A DNA stretch of 64,000 nucleotides from positions 28,892,001 through 28,956,000 of the forward strand of contig NC_043000.1 in assembly GCF_006345805.1 (NCBI RefSeq), in the 5' to 3' direction. Every line of letters begins with the position of its first letter. Positions within the stretch are counted from its first letter, which is position 1. Position numbers and translations under genes: made by a program. The notes beneath the pieces are model-generated. The model made no database searches. It had not been told where the DNA came from and saw only the letters and a list, made by a program, of their open reading frames with translations. This document shows positions 24,751-38,097 of this stretch, in pieces. Origin of the DNA: Octopus sinensis. Lineage: Eukaryota.

Positions 24751-25894
24751 AGATTCCTGCAACACATCAACTTCAAACATGCCAAAATCCATGCCAAAAT
24801 CCATTCATGCCGTTCGCTCTTCAGGACTCTATTGTCTCCTCCATGTTTGTAGGCTTTTGTCGTCTTCTTTAAACACAACGACAGAGTCTGATCTGATGTC
24901 TTTTTTATGAATGCTGAAGCTTCCGCCAAGCTGTTGACCCTCTTATTGGTCCCACTTTTCAAAGCATAGTTTTATTGTCACTATTATTTACTCTAAATGA
25001 TTTCACCGTTTCACCTGTGGATATCCACCCGGAAAAGTGCTGTACACGAATTCATGTCACACCCCTTCAAATTAAGACAACATTGTTCCATCCCATTCAT
25101 GTGATGTCCTCGTTCTCCGCTACCAACCAGTCCAATTCGCTCTCTAATTCAAGCCATTTCATAATTATTTTCCATCGATTCTACCTACAAACTATCCCAC
25201 ATTGCCATTACCATTTTTATTATTCTTTGTAATTTCTCTTTACTTATTGTTATTTTTATTGTTGTTCCATTCATTCGTTAATCCAAAAACTTCCAGAATT
25301 ATGTTCTATTGAATTCCATGGAATATTAACGTCTTTAGCAAACGATAATAACCATTACATCTTTTAAAGAGAGAAAGCAAATGACAAACGAGAACAACAA
25401 AAGAAACATTTACAATCTCAAACAATAACAATACTAAATTTTCAATCATAAAAGGTTTGAATAGATATCATTTAAGATCACTTTAAGTGGTCTGAATCTT
25501 GTGTTTTCTTCTCTTTCTTTTTTTGTTTGCTTTTTTACCTTTTCCTTACTTATTATGTTTTGTAGTTTTGTTTTCGAAGGAGAGAAGGAGGAAAAAATTT
25601 CTGACATAAAATTAGACTTAATGTAGCGACTATAAATGTTATTGAAGACGGTAAACTGGATATGAGTCGTTGAGTCGAACGTCAAATTGATATTTTTAAA
25701 TAGCCGCCTGTATCATATACAACCCAACCTTTTCTAAGCTGGTTGATTGGCTAATGTTCTTATGTTTTCTGATGATTTGAGGATGGAGGATGTTTGTTGT
25801 ATCTAAGTTTCTCTGTTGGGAAGAAGTTTATATTAATTTACTTGTTTCATTATCCATTGCTTGACTTGCTGGCTTCTACGGATTTAATTTCATT

Positions 25895-26100
25895 TACATA
25901 CACACACACACACACATACACAAACAGGCGCACACATATGTATGTATGTGTATATAAGCACATATATAAACATGTGTGTATATATACGTGTATATATATG
26001 TATATATACATAGGCATATATATTATATATATGCATGTATATATATATATATATTTCCATATATATTATATATTTAGGCATATATATGTTTATATATGAA

Positions 26101-26142
<42 letters not shown>

Positions 26143-26460
26143 CATATGTATATATTTCTTTACTACCCACATATGTTATATCATATGTATAATATACGTA
26201 TATATGTATGTGTATGTATACATATATAATAGACTTATATATGTAATGTGTGTATATATATACATATATATGCAATATATTCTATATATACATATATACA
26301 TACATATATATACATATATGCATATACATATGGATATGTATAGTGTATGTATATATATAAACATATAGATACAATATATGTAATATATATACACATATAT
26401 ATATATACATATCTACATATATATATGCATATATATATATATATATCTATGTATTGTTAT

Positions 26461-26493
<33 letters not shown>

Positions 26494-26735
26494 GTATATA
26501 TATATATATATACATATATATATTATATATATATATATATCTATATATATATATAGTATATATATATATATATATATATATATCTATATATATATATATA
26601 TAATATATATATATACACACATATATATACATATATACATATATATATATATATATCTATGTATATGTTATACAATAGATTATTATATATATACATATAC
26701 ACATATGTATAATATAATATATATATACACTCACA
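25895..26735. repeat. Long degenerate (TA)n/(TATG)n microsatellite
   Basis: Direct inspection. Confidence 0.95.
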
Positions 26736-27328
26736 TATACTGCTTTTTCTTATTTTTATGCTTTTTTAAATTTTTTTTTTTTGCCTACTTTGGAAGGTTG
26801 CCTTCCTCGTTTACTGGTTCATATTTGTTGCTGCTTTTATCGACTGATTTATTTATTTGGCCATTTATTTTAAATTTTTCTTTTTCTGGGGGTTCATGGC
26901 AGGTTCATAGTTTCGTGCACGACTTAGTTTGGTTGAATAACGAACAGAAAGTTTTGGTTACTGCAATAGTTTTAAATAAATATAACATAATATAATATAG
27001 AGAAATTGGTTGCAAGAATATGAAGCACATCATTAATTTTCATTCAATTCGATCTCCATTTTGGAAAAAAAATTCATGTTGCTTATCGATCGATGTGTCA
27101 CGCATATGCATATATTATGCAGGTTCATGTGGCTCAGTAACTGCATACATGTAGCTTAAAAAATGACACATGCAGTTGCATACATGCACTTTAGTACAAT
27201 ATCAATATCACCATGGTATATGCGCAAGTTGTTCAAAACGCATCGACATATATGAGTAGATACATTATATATTTGTATATTCATATACAGCTATGCGCAA
27301 ATATTGCATAGTTACATGTGTGCCTTAT

Positions 27329-27359
<31 letters not shown>

Positions 27360-27409
27360 CCATCATTGCAGCAGCAGCATCTTTGCCATCATCATTATTC
27401 TATCATTAA

Positions 27410-27590
27410 GGCGGTTATCTAACCGAATCTTTACCGCGCCGGTAAAACGCTTAGCGGCTTTTCGTCCGTCTTTATGTTCTGAGTTCAAATTCCGCCGAAG
27501 TTGACTATGCCTTTCATCCTTTTGGGGTCTATGAAATAAGTAATAATCAAATAACGGTCGTCGATATAATCGACTATCATCCTTCCCACA
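27410..27590 (+). mobile_element. SINE family A copy (diverged)
   Basis: gttctgagttcaaattccgccgaagttgactatgcctttcatcctttt. Confidence 0.8.
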
Positions 27591-27652
27591 AAATTATTAT
27601 TATCATTGTTGTTATCATATTATTATTATTATTATCATTATTATTATTATTA

Positions 27653-27719
<67 letters not shown>

Positions 27720-27826
27720 TAGTTTTATTTTTATAGCGTGCTTTCACTTCACTACCGAGCGCAGCTCTGTGTGCCTTAGGTATGTGCTGTGATTATTATT
27801 ATTATTATTGTTATTATTATTTTTAC

Positions 27827-27890
<64 letters not shown>

Positions 27891-27891
27891 A

Positions 27892-28320
27892 TTTCATTTC
27901 ACCTCTCAGAGCTCTTGATTTCACTTCTCCCACAAATTCCTCCAATTTTGTTGCTCCCAGAGCCCCAACAATTACTGGAATGACAGTTATTTCCTTCATT
28001 GCCCACATTCGTGCAATCTCGTCTTTTAATGGCTTCTACGTTTCAATATTTTCCAGCCCTTCGTCATCCACTCGTACATCCTCAAGTATGTCAATATCTA
28101 TGATTTTGGCTTCCTTCATCAGTTTGCCAACTACAACAATTTCTAGTCTCCGAACATCAATTACTGATTCACACTAGATTGTAAAATCTCACGAGATCTC
28201 ATGATTCTCAGTGACGTCTTATGATTTATGCTCATACCATTTTAATATCCTTTCAAGACCCTACGTGCCACACAATCTCCAATGAACATACTACGTTATC
28301 ATGTCCCTTTTGTAGTCTTT
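27892..28320 (-). pseudogene. R4/Dong-like RLE LINE endonuclease remnant 1
   Basis: S*DFTI*CESVIDVRRLEIVVVGK..KIIDIDILEDVRV..LKDEIARMWAMKEITVIPVIVGALGA matches the RLE RPDI..IID..EK..KY..VIPVVVGALG pattern. Confidence 0.8.
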
Positions 28321-28329
28321 TATTCTTTC

Positions 28330-28790
28330 TATCCCCTTTCTATGTCACATCTCAGCTCCTTTTAGCAGTTTAGAGACGCAAAACTTATCTCGACTTCCTA
28401 CTCCAAGTATTGCTGCCAATTGTATAATTCCTATAAAATTTGGTGCTTGCAATATTTCATGCGAGAATATTACTTTCCTTGAGATGGTCCCTAGGTTTTG
28501 GCACTTCTCGAATTTACCATCTTCTGTCTTCCCAATATTCTGGTCTGCGAGTATAGCTACATCGATGAATGTCCATTCTTGTTGCAGCTTATTTTCTATG
28601 TACATCGACATATCCTATGTGAGTTTCATCTCATCGTTCTATGCTACTGAAAAAGGTGATGCTCATACCACTTGGAACATTCTAGCCCATACGCCTGGAG
28701 AATTCCCAGTATATTTACACTGGTACGTTGTCATGGTGCCATTTGCACTCCTTTTGCACCAGTTTTGAACATCCACTAATTATGTCTGAC
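28330..28790 (-). pseudogene. R4/Dong-like RLE LINE remnant 2
   Basis: QLVQKECKWHHDNV (Y.RHD motif region) and EWTFIDVAILADQNIGKTEDGKFEKCQNL. Confidence 0.7.
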
Positions 28791-28894
28791 TATAATTATT
28801 ATCATTATTATATGAAAACTCTCAGCTTATATTACTGGGTATGACGGAACGTGTATGAAAACTCACAGCTTATTTTGCTGAGTATGATGGAACG

Positions 28895-29100
28895 TGTCAG
28901 CTGTTCACAGCCAGCAGGCTAAGGTGACACTTGTTTAATGATCATGCTTCAAGAATTCTGCGAAGAATTCTTGCAGTTCCAAGCAATGCTGTGTTTTGTG
29001 AAGGTGTCCTACCTTCACACTTACACCAATGTTTTTTTAGCCATGTTGGTAGCTGAGAGCTGATATTTCCAAGATCACCAATTACTATCGGTATCACGTT
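28895..29100 (-). pseudogene. R4/Dong-like RLE LINE C-terminus remnant 3
   Basis: VIPIVIGDLGNISSQLPTWLKK/../ALLGTARILRRILEA*. Confidence 0.8.
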
Positions 29101-29113
29101 TACTCTCTCTTAC

Positions 29114-29161
<48 letters not shown>

Positions 29162-29321
29162 CATCATCATCATTATTATCATCATCAACATCGTCATCAT
29201 TATCCTCTTTCAATTTTGTTTCCATTTCTGTCCGAGTGTCTTCGCGTATATATCGGTAGGCCACTAGAATAAACACAACAGATTGTTCATTTAGAAAGTC
29301 ATGTGATAAAAAAGAATTATT

Positions 29322-29375
<54 letters not shown>

Positions 29376-29388
29376 GTCATTATTGTTA

Positions 29389-29435
<47 letters not shown>

Positions 29436-29997
29436 CATCATTATTATTATAATTATTATTACTATTATTAATTGTTGTTGTTTTTGTTATTGCTGCTGCG
29501 GTAGCTTCTGTATGTATATATAATATTCTTCACAAATGGATATGTAACTATTTATGAACACACACATATATATATCATTACATATATGTATAATCTTATC
29601 ATCTTATCATACAGATGTGTGTATACACATGTAATTACATTTACACATACACATGTATATGCATATATATATACATATATATACATATATATGCACTTAT
29701 ATGTGTCTACCTGTGAGTGTGCGCGCGCATGTGTGTGGTGTACGAGAGTTCTCTGCCCCTGTTTATATTGATGCTTACACCCTTCTAAAATTAACAATAT
29801 TATTAATGCTGCATCCCCTGACATATGTAAAAGAATTTAATTATATAGGTACATTATGTGTGTGTATATGCGTGTGAGTGCGTGTGTTGTGTGTTTGCGT
29901 ATATAACATACTTTACATATCTATATATATGTACATATATGTATGTTCATATATACATGTATATATATATATCTATATATATATATATATATCTATA

Positions 29998-30340
29998 TCA
30001 GTATCGCCTGGCGTTGCTCGGGTTGTAAGGGAAATAACTATAAAGCATTTTAGAGAGTTATAGCAAAAAATAGCAAAAAAATGAACAAAAATGATATTTT
30101 TTTTTGAGAATATCGAGTGCGTCCCTAGACAGTCTGTGGTTTGTGTTTCTAATCTCGACCCTTTCGATTTATCGATTTTTTACTGGGGAACTTTTCAAAA
30201 TTTTCGCTGCGTTAGTTTGATTATGACATTGGCTATGTTTTGTCAAGTTTCATCAGAATCGGTTGGAAGCCGTGGTCATGAGGTACAACCTGACAGACAC
30301 AAGACACCAGACAGACAAACTGCCGTTATATATCTATATA
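29998..30340 (-). mobile_element. Non-autonomous Helitron-like element
   Basis: GC hairpin cgcctggcgttgctcggg at one end. The other end has caagtttcatcagaatcgg and gacagac..acagacaaactgccgttatatat, an architecture typical of metazoan non-autonomous Helitrons. The terminal CTAG is not preserved. Confidence 0.6.
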
Positions 30341-30466
30341 TATATATTTTACATGTATATATATGTATGTTCATATATACAAGTATATATATATATATAT
30401 ATATATATGTTCATATATATATATATATATAAAGACGGAAGATGGAATATACGAGAATTTATTATT

Positions 30467-30573
30467 AATCACGACAATTGTTTCGAGACATTACCATCGG
30501 TTCCTCATAGGTGGGACACTCAACAACTGGTTCAGGAGCATCCAGTGGTGCAGATGTATCTCGTTGGGTAATA
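30467..30573 (-). ncRNA. Decayed PLE-type hammerhead motif within a probable PLE pLTR fragment (about 30432-30770)
   Basis: AUUAC-ccaACGA-GAUACAU...AUGUCUC-GAAA-CAAUUG-UC-GUGAU, then AATAAA. Stems I and II, the palindromic ACAAUUGU and the GUC site are retained, but the core CUGA is mutated to CCAA. Confidence 0.6.
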
Positions 30574-31590
30574 ATAAACACAACTCATAAAATAACAGTT
30601 CCGCCATGTAACTTCCCCTTTTTGTAGAAAGAAAAGAAGCCAGTCGGAGGAAATATCTTCATTTATATAAAAGACCAAAAATAAAATTACAGATGGCAAA
30701 AAGAGGAACGAACACGCAGTCCAGCCAGAAAAGTAAGCTACCAGGTGTAAACCATTCATTTTATTATCCATTATATATATATATATATATTATATACACA
30801 TACATGTATGCATATATAGACAAAAATGTGTATGTGTGCGCATAAATGTGTGTTGCTCTCCGTTTCTTTTACTCTCTGTCCCTAAACACACGTACCTATA
30901 TACAAACAAATATATAAACATGCATACACATATACATATATTATTTGTCATTCTTAGCGATACGTTTTTTCATTCATATCCTCATATTCCGGGGTTTGTC
31001 CAAATGCCATTTCTTGTTCACCATTATATTCACACTTAAAGCAACCGCCAAAGCTATTAGAGAAGTATTTTGATGAAAAGTGGCCGGAGCTGCAATCATT
31101 CACCAAATATATTTCATAGTCTTCTTATTTTAAACATTTAATCTTTCTCTATAATACGACAGTAACGATCACTATTTAAAAAGATGGCGACGGCAATATC
31201 GGTGTTGGTTTCTGAACAGCGCATCAGCAGTAGGTGTTCTGTTGCTTTCCGACATACAGCAGCTAAAAGGATTCGTTCTTGAGAAGACCAATCTCTAGAA
31301 CAGACTCCAACTTTTCCATAAGGATCTGCTGTTATGGCTTGGAGGAGTTGCAGGCTCTCGTCAAGAGGGAAATTACAATTTATTTTTTGTTTCGCTTTGT
31401 ATTCATACTTCAATAATTGTACACTATTAAGCCAGTGTGTTTATTTCTGTTTGCATGTGGGAGAGTGAGAGATACAAAGAAAGAGAGAAGATAGAAACGT
31501 TATGGGAATGCAGATATATATTGTACATTTCTACTGATGTCAAATATATATATATAATATATATATATTATGTATATGTATAGTATATAT

Positions 31591-31637
<47 letters not shown>

Positions 31638-31651
31638 GTGTAGTGTTATAT

Positions 31652-31712
<61 letters not shown>

Positions 31713-31769
31713 CGTTATATCATATTAAATATATATATATATATGTGTATATATGTGTGTGTGTGTGTA

Positions 31770-31932
31770 CGATGGCCTTCTTTCAGTTTCCGTCTACCAA
31801 ATGCACTCACAAGACTTTGGTCGACTCGAGATTATTGTACAAGACACTTGTCCAAGGTGGTGTCACACAGTGTGACTGAAGCGGAACCATGTGTTTGGAA
31901 AGCAAGCTTCTTACCACGCAGCCAACGCCTAT
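31770..31932 (-). mobile_element. SINE family B 5' half (diverged)
   Basis: ttctttcagtttccgtctaccaaat..aagacacttgtccaagg..cttaccacgcagcca. Confidence 0.8.
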
Positions 31933-32050
31933 GTATACTTATATATACGGTGGGCTCTTTTAAAGTTCTATATCTGAGAGTTGAGGAATTATGTACTTTA
32001 TTTACATTATTTACACTGGGCGGGTAGGTGTCCTCACCTTGTTTGTTGTT

Positions 32051-32096
32051 ACTACAACGTTTCGGCTGAAGTACTCTCCAGCCTTCATCAGGTGTC
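32051..32096 (-). ncRNA. Minimal hammerhead motif
   Basis: GACAC-CUGAUGA-A-GGCUG-gagaguacuu-CAGCC-GAAA-CGUU-GUAGU. The loop differs from other copies while stem II is intact. Confidence 0.7.
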
Positions 32097-32189
32097 CTGA
32101 AGGAAATTCAAACCTGGCCCTCATTCCTAAGAATGATGTTGTTGTTGTTATTATTATTATTATTACTATTATTACTACCATTATTATTT

Positions 32190-32262
<73 letters not shown>

Positions 32263-32273
32263 CATCATCATCA

Positions 32274-32309
<36 letters not shown>

Positions 32310-32332
32310 TATTATTATTATTATTATTTTCG

Positions 32333-32385
<53 letters not shown>

Positions 32386-32486
32386 GTTATTATTATATTA
32401 TTCGGGTTACTGCCTGGAATCAAACTTGAAATCTTGGGGCTAGAAGCCCGCGCTCTTAACCACTACACCATATGCGCGTAGTACTA

Positions 32487-32541
<55 letters not shown>

Positions 32542-32743
32542 TAGACCATAATAAGAAGAAGAAGAGAAGAAGAAGAAGAAGAAGAAGAAGAAGACAGAAG
32601 AAAAGAGAGAGAAGAAGAATAGAAGAAGAAAGAAAGAAAGAACCAAGACAGAGAAGAGAAGAAGAAGAAGAAGAAGAAGAATAGCAACAGCAACATCGGA
32701 AAAATACCTTAGGAATGAGCACCCAGGTTTGAAATTTCCCCAA

Positions 32744-32789
32744 GACACCTGGTGAAGGCTGGAGGGTATATCAGCCGAAACGTTGTGTT
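32744..32789 (+). ncRNA. Hammerhead motif in inverted tail (core CUGGUGA)
   Basis: GACAC-CTGGTGA-A-GGCTG-gagggtatat-CAGCC-GAAA-CGTT-GTGTT. Confidence 0.65.
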
Positions 32790-32844
32790 AAAACAAACAA
32801 GATGAGGATAAATATCCGTCAAATGTAAATAATGTAAATAATTA

Positions 32845-33002
32845 GCTTCTTTTAGTTTCTATCTATCAAATCTACTCACAAGGCTTTGGCCGACCAGGGG
32901 CTATTGTAGAAGACAGTAGTCCAAAGTGCCGCACAGTGGAAGTGAACCTGAAATCACGTGGTTGGATAGCAAACTTCTTACCCCACAACCATATCTGGCG
33001 CC
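32845..33002 (-). mobile_element. SINE family B 5' half (diverged)
   Basis: actcacaaggctttggcc..gtagaagac..gtgccgcacagtgg. Confidence 0.75.
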
Positions 33003-33009
33003 AGTATAT

Positions 33010-34273
33010 ATGTCGTCTAAATTACGCAAAATTGAAAATAACACTGACATCTCATTTGAACAGATATGTTTACCAAAATTACATGAAAATGTCTTGAGAT
33101 ATTCAAGAATAAAATTATTCAATAAAATCGCCATTGGCTTCATCTGGTCTTCAGATGATTTCGGAATCTCCTGCAGTTCTTCTGGACGGTCTCCTTGTTT
33201 AAATTGGTGAATGCTGCTATAATCCTTGCCTACAGTTCATCTTTGGTGTTATAAGGAGTTTGTTGGTCTCTGCGCCCCACACATAATAATCAAGGGGGTT
33301 GCAGTCTGAGGAGTTAGGTGGCCAGATTTTAGGAGTGATGTGGTCGCAGGAATTTTCTGACAGCCATGACAGGGTTCTCCTGTTTGTGTGGCATGGTGCA
33401 GAGTCCTATTGCCAGAAATAGGGTCTTCCAGCAGCCACCCTCTTTAACCAGGGCAGCACAACCTCTTCCAGGCACTTGATATAGGCCTCCATGTTGAGTC
33501 TGAGGCCATGTGGAAAGATGAATGGAGATATAACATCACCATCACTACTGATCACTCCAAATACCATGATTTTGAATGGATATTTGAATTTTAGCACTCT
33601 CAGTACATGTTTTGGCGACACGGCAAGCCACGGTTGTTCTGTATGTTCACTACGTGATCCTGACAGAAATTTTTCTCGTTTCAGAAAAGCATGTTCGGTT
33701 GGAGGGGATGCTTGAGTTTATTCAAAAGCTTCGTAGCACGGCCTTTCCTCTTGTCCTTGACGATTTAGATAAAAAAAAATTGGCCCTTTCTCATTTTGTA
33801 TGAGGGATACCGAATATCTTCATGCAGTACCTGCTTGATAACTCAGACACTCTCATGTCTCTGGCGATGGAACTAGTTGATTTGGAGGGATCGTTGTCAA
33901 TCATGGCCTAGATCTCATAACAAATTCAGAAGTTCTTTTCTTATCAGAGCAATCAGAGTGAGTTTTCCGAGCTGCCTTACCTTCGTAATCACCATTATAC
34001 TCATCCAATTCTTTCCGAATCGTCTGTACTGTCTTCAAATTGACACCCAAACACTCTGAAATGTTCGTATTGCAGCTACCGGTGTGAATTCCAAGTAGTA
34101 CAGCATGTCGTTCCCAAACAAATTTCTGTCAGAGTGAATTGCGTCATGGGACTGTGTTTCTCACAGACGGTACCCAACTGACCCTACTATACTGTATAGT
34201 AGACAAAATCAAAAACAAACAATGCGCGAAATTAAAAATATGAAATGGCAACTATTTACCCATCGCACTCTGT
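33010..34273 (-). mobile_element. Near full-length DD37D (maT-like) Tc1/mariner transposon, pseudogenised
   Basis: IMVFGVISSDGDVISPFIFPHGLRLNMEAYIKCLEEVVLPWLKRVAAGRPYFWQ*D-SAPCH..WPPNSSDCNPL-DYYVWG, with 37 residues between the last two catalytic Asp. Confidence 0.9.
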
Positions 34274-34407
34274 AATATACATCTTCAATCTCAATACATG
34301 TGTCTTGTGTGTCTGTGAGATAAGGTGAGTGAGACACACAGACAAAAGCGGTCGTGGAAATAACGTTTTGAACTTCCAGCTCATGCCTCCTATTTATATA
34401 TGCGCTG

Positions 34408-34791
34408 AGTGGAGGCGCAATGGCCCAGTGGTTAGGGCAGCGGACTCGTGGTCGTAGGATCGCGGTTTCGATTCCCAGACCGGGCGTTGTGAGTGTTTAT
34501 TGAGCGAAAACATCTAAAGCTCCACGAGGTCCGGCAGGGATGGTGGTGATCCCTGCTGTACACTTTCACCACAACTTTCTCTCACTCTTACTTCTGTTCT
34601 GTTGTACCTGTATTTCAAAGGCCGGCCTTGTCACTCTCTGTGTCACGCTGAATATCCCCGAGAACTACGTTAAGGGTACACGTGTCTGTGGAGTGCTCAG
34701 CCACTTACACGTTAATTTCACGAGCAGGCTGTTCCGTTGATCGGATCAACCGGAACCCTCGTCGTCATAACCGACGGAGTGCTTCCATCCA
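34408..34791 (+). mobile_element. Full-length SINE family C with 13-bp TSD
   Basis: tatatatgcgctg at 34395-34407 and 34792-34804. A and B boxes are present in the head. Confidence 0.92.
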
Positions 34792-35255
34792 TATATATGC
34801 GCTGCAACTGTTTCAGCGTATTTTTGGTTTAGATACTAACTCATACACACGTCTCAATTAACTGTATTCCTATGAATGGCACTAGACTTGCATGGAGCTC
34901 TACCTATGTAAGACTTCTATACTCCATCCAAGGAGTATACACCTACCATATAATGAAACTACGATTACACACGTTTAGACAATAATTTCATTTTTTTTTT
35001 ACTCATTTCAGCGATTGAACTGCGGTCATGCTGGGGCTTCTTCGAAAAGGGTTTACGCAATCAAATTGACGGGCACTTATTTTTCAAAGTTGCCATTTAT
35101 TCTATAAATGTATATTATGTATATGTTTGTGTGTGTATATATATATATGTATGTATGCATGCATGTATGTATGTATGTATGTATGTATGTATGTATGTAT
35201 GTATGTATGTATGTGTATATGTATGTATCCGTTTGTTTTATATATATTATATATT

Positions 35256-35298
<43 letters not shown>

Positions 35299-35304
35299 GT
35301 ATAT

Positions 35305-35500
35305 GTTTGTCCCACACCAACGCTTGACAACCGATGTTGGTGTGTTTACATCCTCGTAACCTAACAGTTTGGCAAAAGAGACCAACAGAATAAGTCGTAG
35401 GGTTACAAAGAATAAGTCCTTGGGTCGATTTGTTCGACTAAAGGTGGTGCTCCAACATGGCCGCAGCCAAATGACTGAAAACAAGTACAAGAATAAAACA
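35305..35500 (+). mobile_element. SINE family B 3' half after a TATG/TA tract
   Basis: cgcttgacaaccgatgttggtgtgtttac..aaggtggtgctccaacatggccgcagcc. Confidence 0.85.
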
Positions 35501-35510
35501 ATAAAACACC

Positions 35511-35557
<47 letters not shown>

Positions 35558-36308
35558 GAGTAAAGCAGATGTACACACCTTCATTTATACATATATATAC
35601 ATACAGACAGACAGACAGACAGACATATAAGCATTTTCGGATATGCATATATGTCTGTAGCCTTGTGGCCATTTCACTCAGCCAATAAACCCTTCCACCA
35701 CTACCATCACCACCACCATCATCATCAACAACAACAACAACGAAAGCAACATCCCTACAGCCACAGTCTATCCATTATCAGCTCGATGATTTGACCTTTC
35801 TACAATACTAACAAAACCGTATGCCGTCTTCTCTCTCGCCCCCAATCCGCCCCCATCCTATCCACCACCGCAAGAGAAGCAGTGTCTGGCTGACCTCTTT
35901 GACTCTAGCTTAAATATATCACGTCATTGATCGAATTCTCAAATCTCTCTCTTTCACATATACGCACACATACACTCTCTCTCTCTGAAACACACACACA
36001 TACACTCTCTCTCTCTCTCTCTCTTTCATTTTGTCTCTCCCTCTTTCTCTCTCTCTCTCGAAAATAAACAGCTTCTAACTGTAACACTTCCCAAGGGGAT
36101 TTTCCTTTAGAAGTATTTAGCTTTCTCCATTTCCTTTTGTCCGTTTCAAAACTGCTGTGATAAATATTCCGAATTCTTACGAAGTTTGTGTTTGTATATT
36201 CACAGAAAGTCTCTCTCCCTCCCTTCCTCTCTCTTCAAAGGGTCCTTCGCTCTCTCTCTCTCTCTTTTTCTGTGTTTCTGCTTTCCCTTCAATCTCTCCA
36301 GAGGGTCG

Positions 36309-36355
<47 letters not shown>

Positions 36356-36533
36356 AGACACACACACACTCTCTCTCTCTCTCTCTCTCCCTCCAGGCGG
36401 TCTCAATTTCTTTATCTCTCTTTTTCTATATATTTCTCTCCAAAGGTCGGACCCTCTTTTCTCTCTCTCTCCATCTCCCTCCCTCTCTTCCCTCTCTTCC
36501 TCTTTCTTCCTTTCCCTCCCTCTCTCTTTCTCT

Positions 36534-36564
<31 letters not shown>

Positions 36565-36872
36565 TTTTCATTCGCAAAATATGCATTTTTTTAAAATATC
36601 TGAAAATCGGCTATAATAATAAAGTTTTCAAGTCTCGTTCTTATGAAGGTATGATGTTGTGCAGAAAAAAATTGGAGGTAAAAGTTACAGAGGTTTAAAA
36701 ATCAGAAAAACTCTTTAGCCAATGGCGAGAGCGAAATGTTCTGCGTTTAGCGGAGCGATGTCAAATTTAAGGCTATACCCTGTGAAATTTATAGTTTAGC
36801 GTCTATGAAATTTAGGAGTATTTCAGCATTGTGATTACCTGTCATATATTTGTAAACATCATTAATATATAA

Positions 36873-36938
<66 letters not shown>

Positions 36939-37610
36939 TCTGTGTGTGTCTCTGTGTGTCTGTGTGTCTTCAAAACTGCAAAGTTGAGTAACGTTTTCAT
37001 ACTTGGATTTGTAAACTCCGATAAGAATAACACCGGTGAACAAAGAATTTGTCCCCAAGAAAAAGAATACCTGTATCTCATATGTTTTCCATCCAAAATT
37101 CAAAAATAATGTCAAATTACCTGTACTAAGTTCACATATTCCATTCACCTTCATAATGCCAAGAATCTGTATAAACATCGCCAACAACTTTTGCTATATA
37201 TGAAAAATATGTAAAATATCAAGACAATTGGCGAAAAATATCTATAATAAAATTCTAATTGATATGATTTTGATTTTGATTTTTCCAGTTTCAGCTAATG
37301 AGCTGTGGCCATGCTGGGGCACAATTTTTTATTAAAATAAAGCACGTGGGTGTGTGAAGAATCGACACAACATGTGGGTGAAACACAACACAATATACAG
37401 TTGTCATGGTAACAAGTTGCTAATGCCTTGCTGGCTGTTTATTGGCTAAAATTACCCAAATTTCCCAACTTTAATTCCAAATAATATCAGATACTTTAAT
37501 TTACTAGATAAACTTATTGGTTGATCGCAATCAAAATTCAGAGTTGCATCGATACACCAAAATTGAAAACAATCTGAGCAAAATTAAAGGGGGATCATTT
37601 TGTAAATTAA

Positions 37611-37622
37611 AAGACTAGATCC

Positions 37623-37680
<58 letters not shown>

Positions 37681-38064
37681 CTCTTTATCTATCTATCTAT
37701 CTGTCTGTCTCTACCTCTATCTCTCCCTCTCTCTCTATCTATCTATCTCTCCCTCTCTCTCTCGTTTTCTTTCTCTCCCCATCTCCCTCTATCTCTCTAT
37801 CTATCTATCCTTCTCTCCCTCTCTCTCTCGTTCTAACTCTCTCTTTCTCTCTCTCTCGTTCTAACTCTCTCTTTCTCTCTCTCTCGTTCTAACTCTCTCT
37901 CTCCACAGAGGAATTACATAGCCAATATCCTACAGAATAACGTTTATAGTTTTGCGAATAACAAAGACTAGATCCCTCTCTCTCTCTCTATCTATCTTCT
38001 CTATCTCTATATCTCCCTCACTCTCTCCCTCCCTCTATCTATCCATCTACCTATCTATCTCTCT

Positions 38065-38097
<33 letters not shown>

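Larger units (their letters stand above)
31963..32843 (-). mobile_element. Hammerhead-bearing tRNA-headed element (family H), copy 2, with inverted tail duplicate
   Basis: Tail 31963-32130 (minus), (AAT)n, head 32401-32485 (minus; A box TGGTGTAGTGG, B box GTTTGATTCC), (AAT)n/(GAA)n, then an inverted tail at 32695-32843. Confidence 0.85.

Noticed and set aside
28105-28125. ctgatgaaggaagcc on the minus strand
   Set aside because: It lies within the RLE coding remnant and has no GAAA or stems, so it is a chance match.
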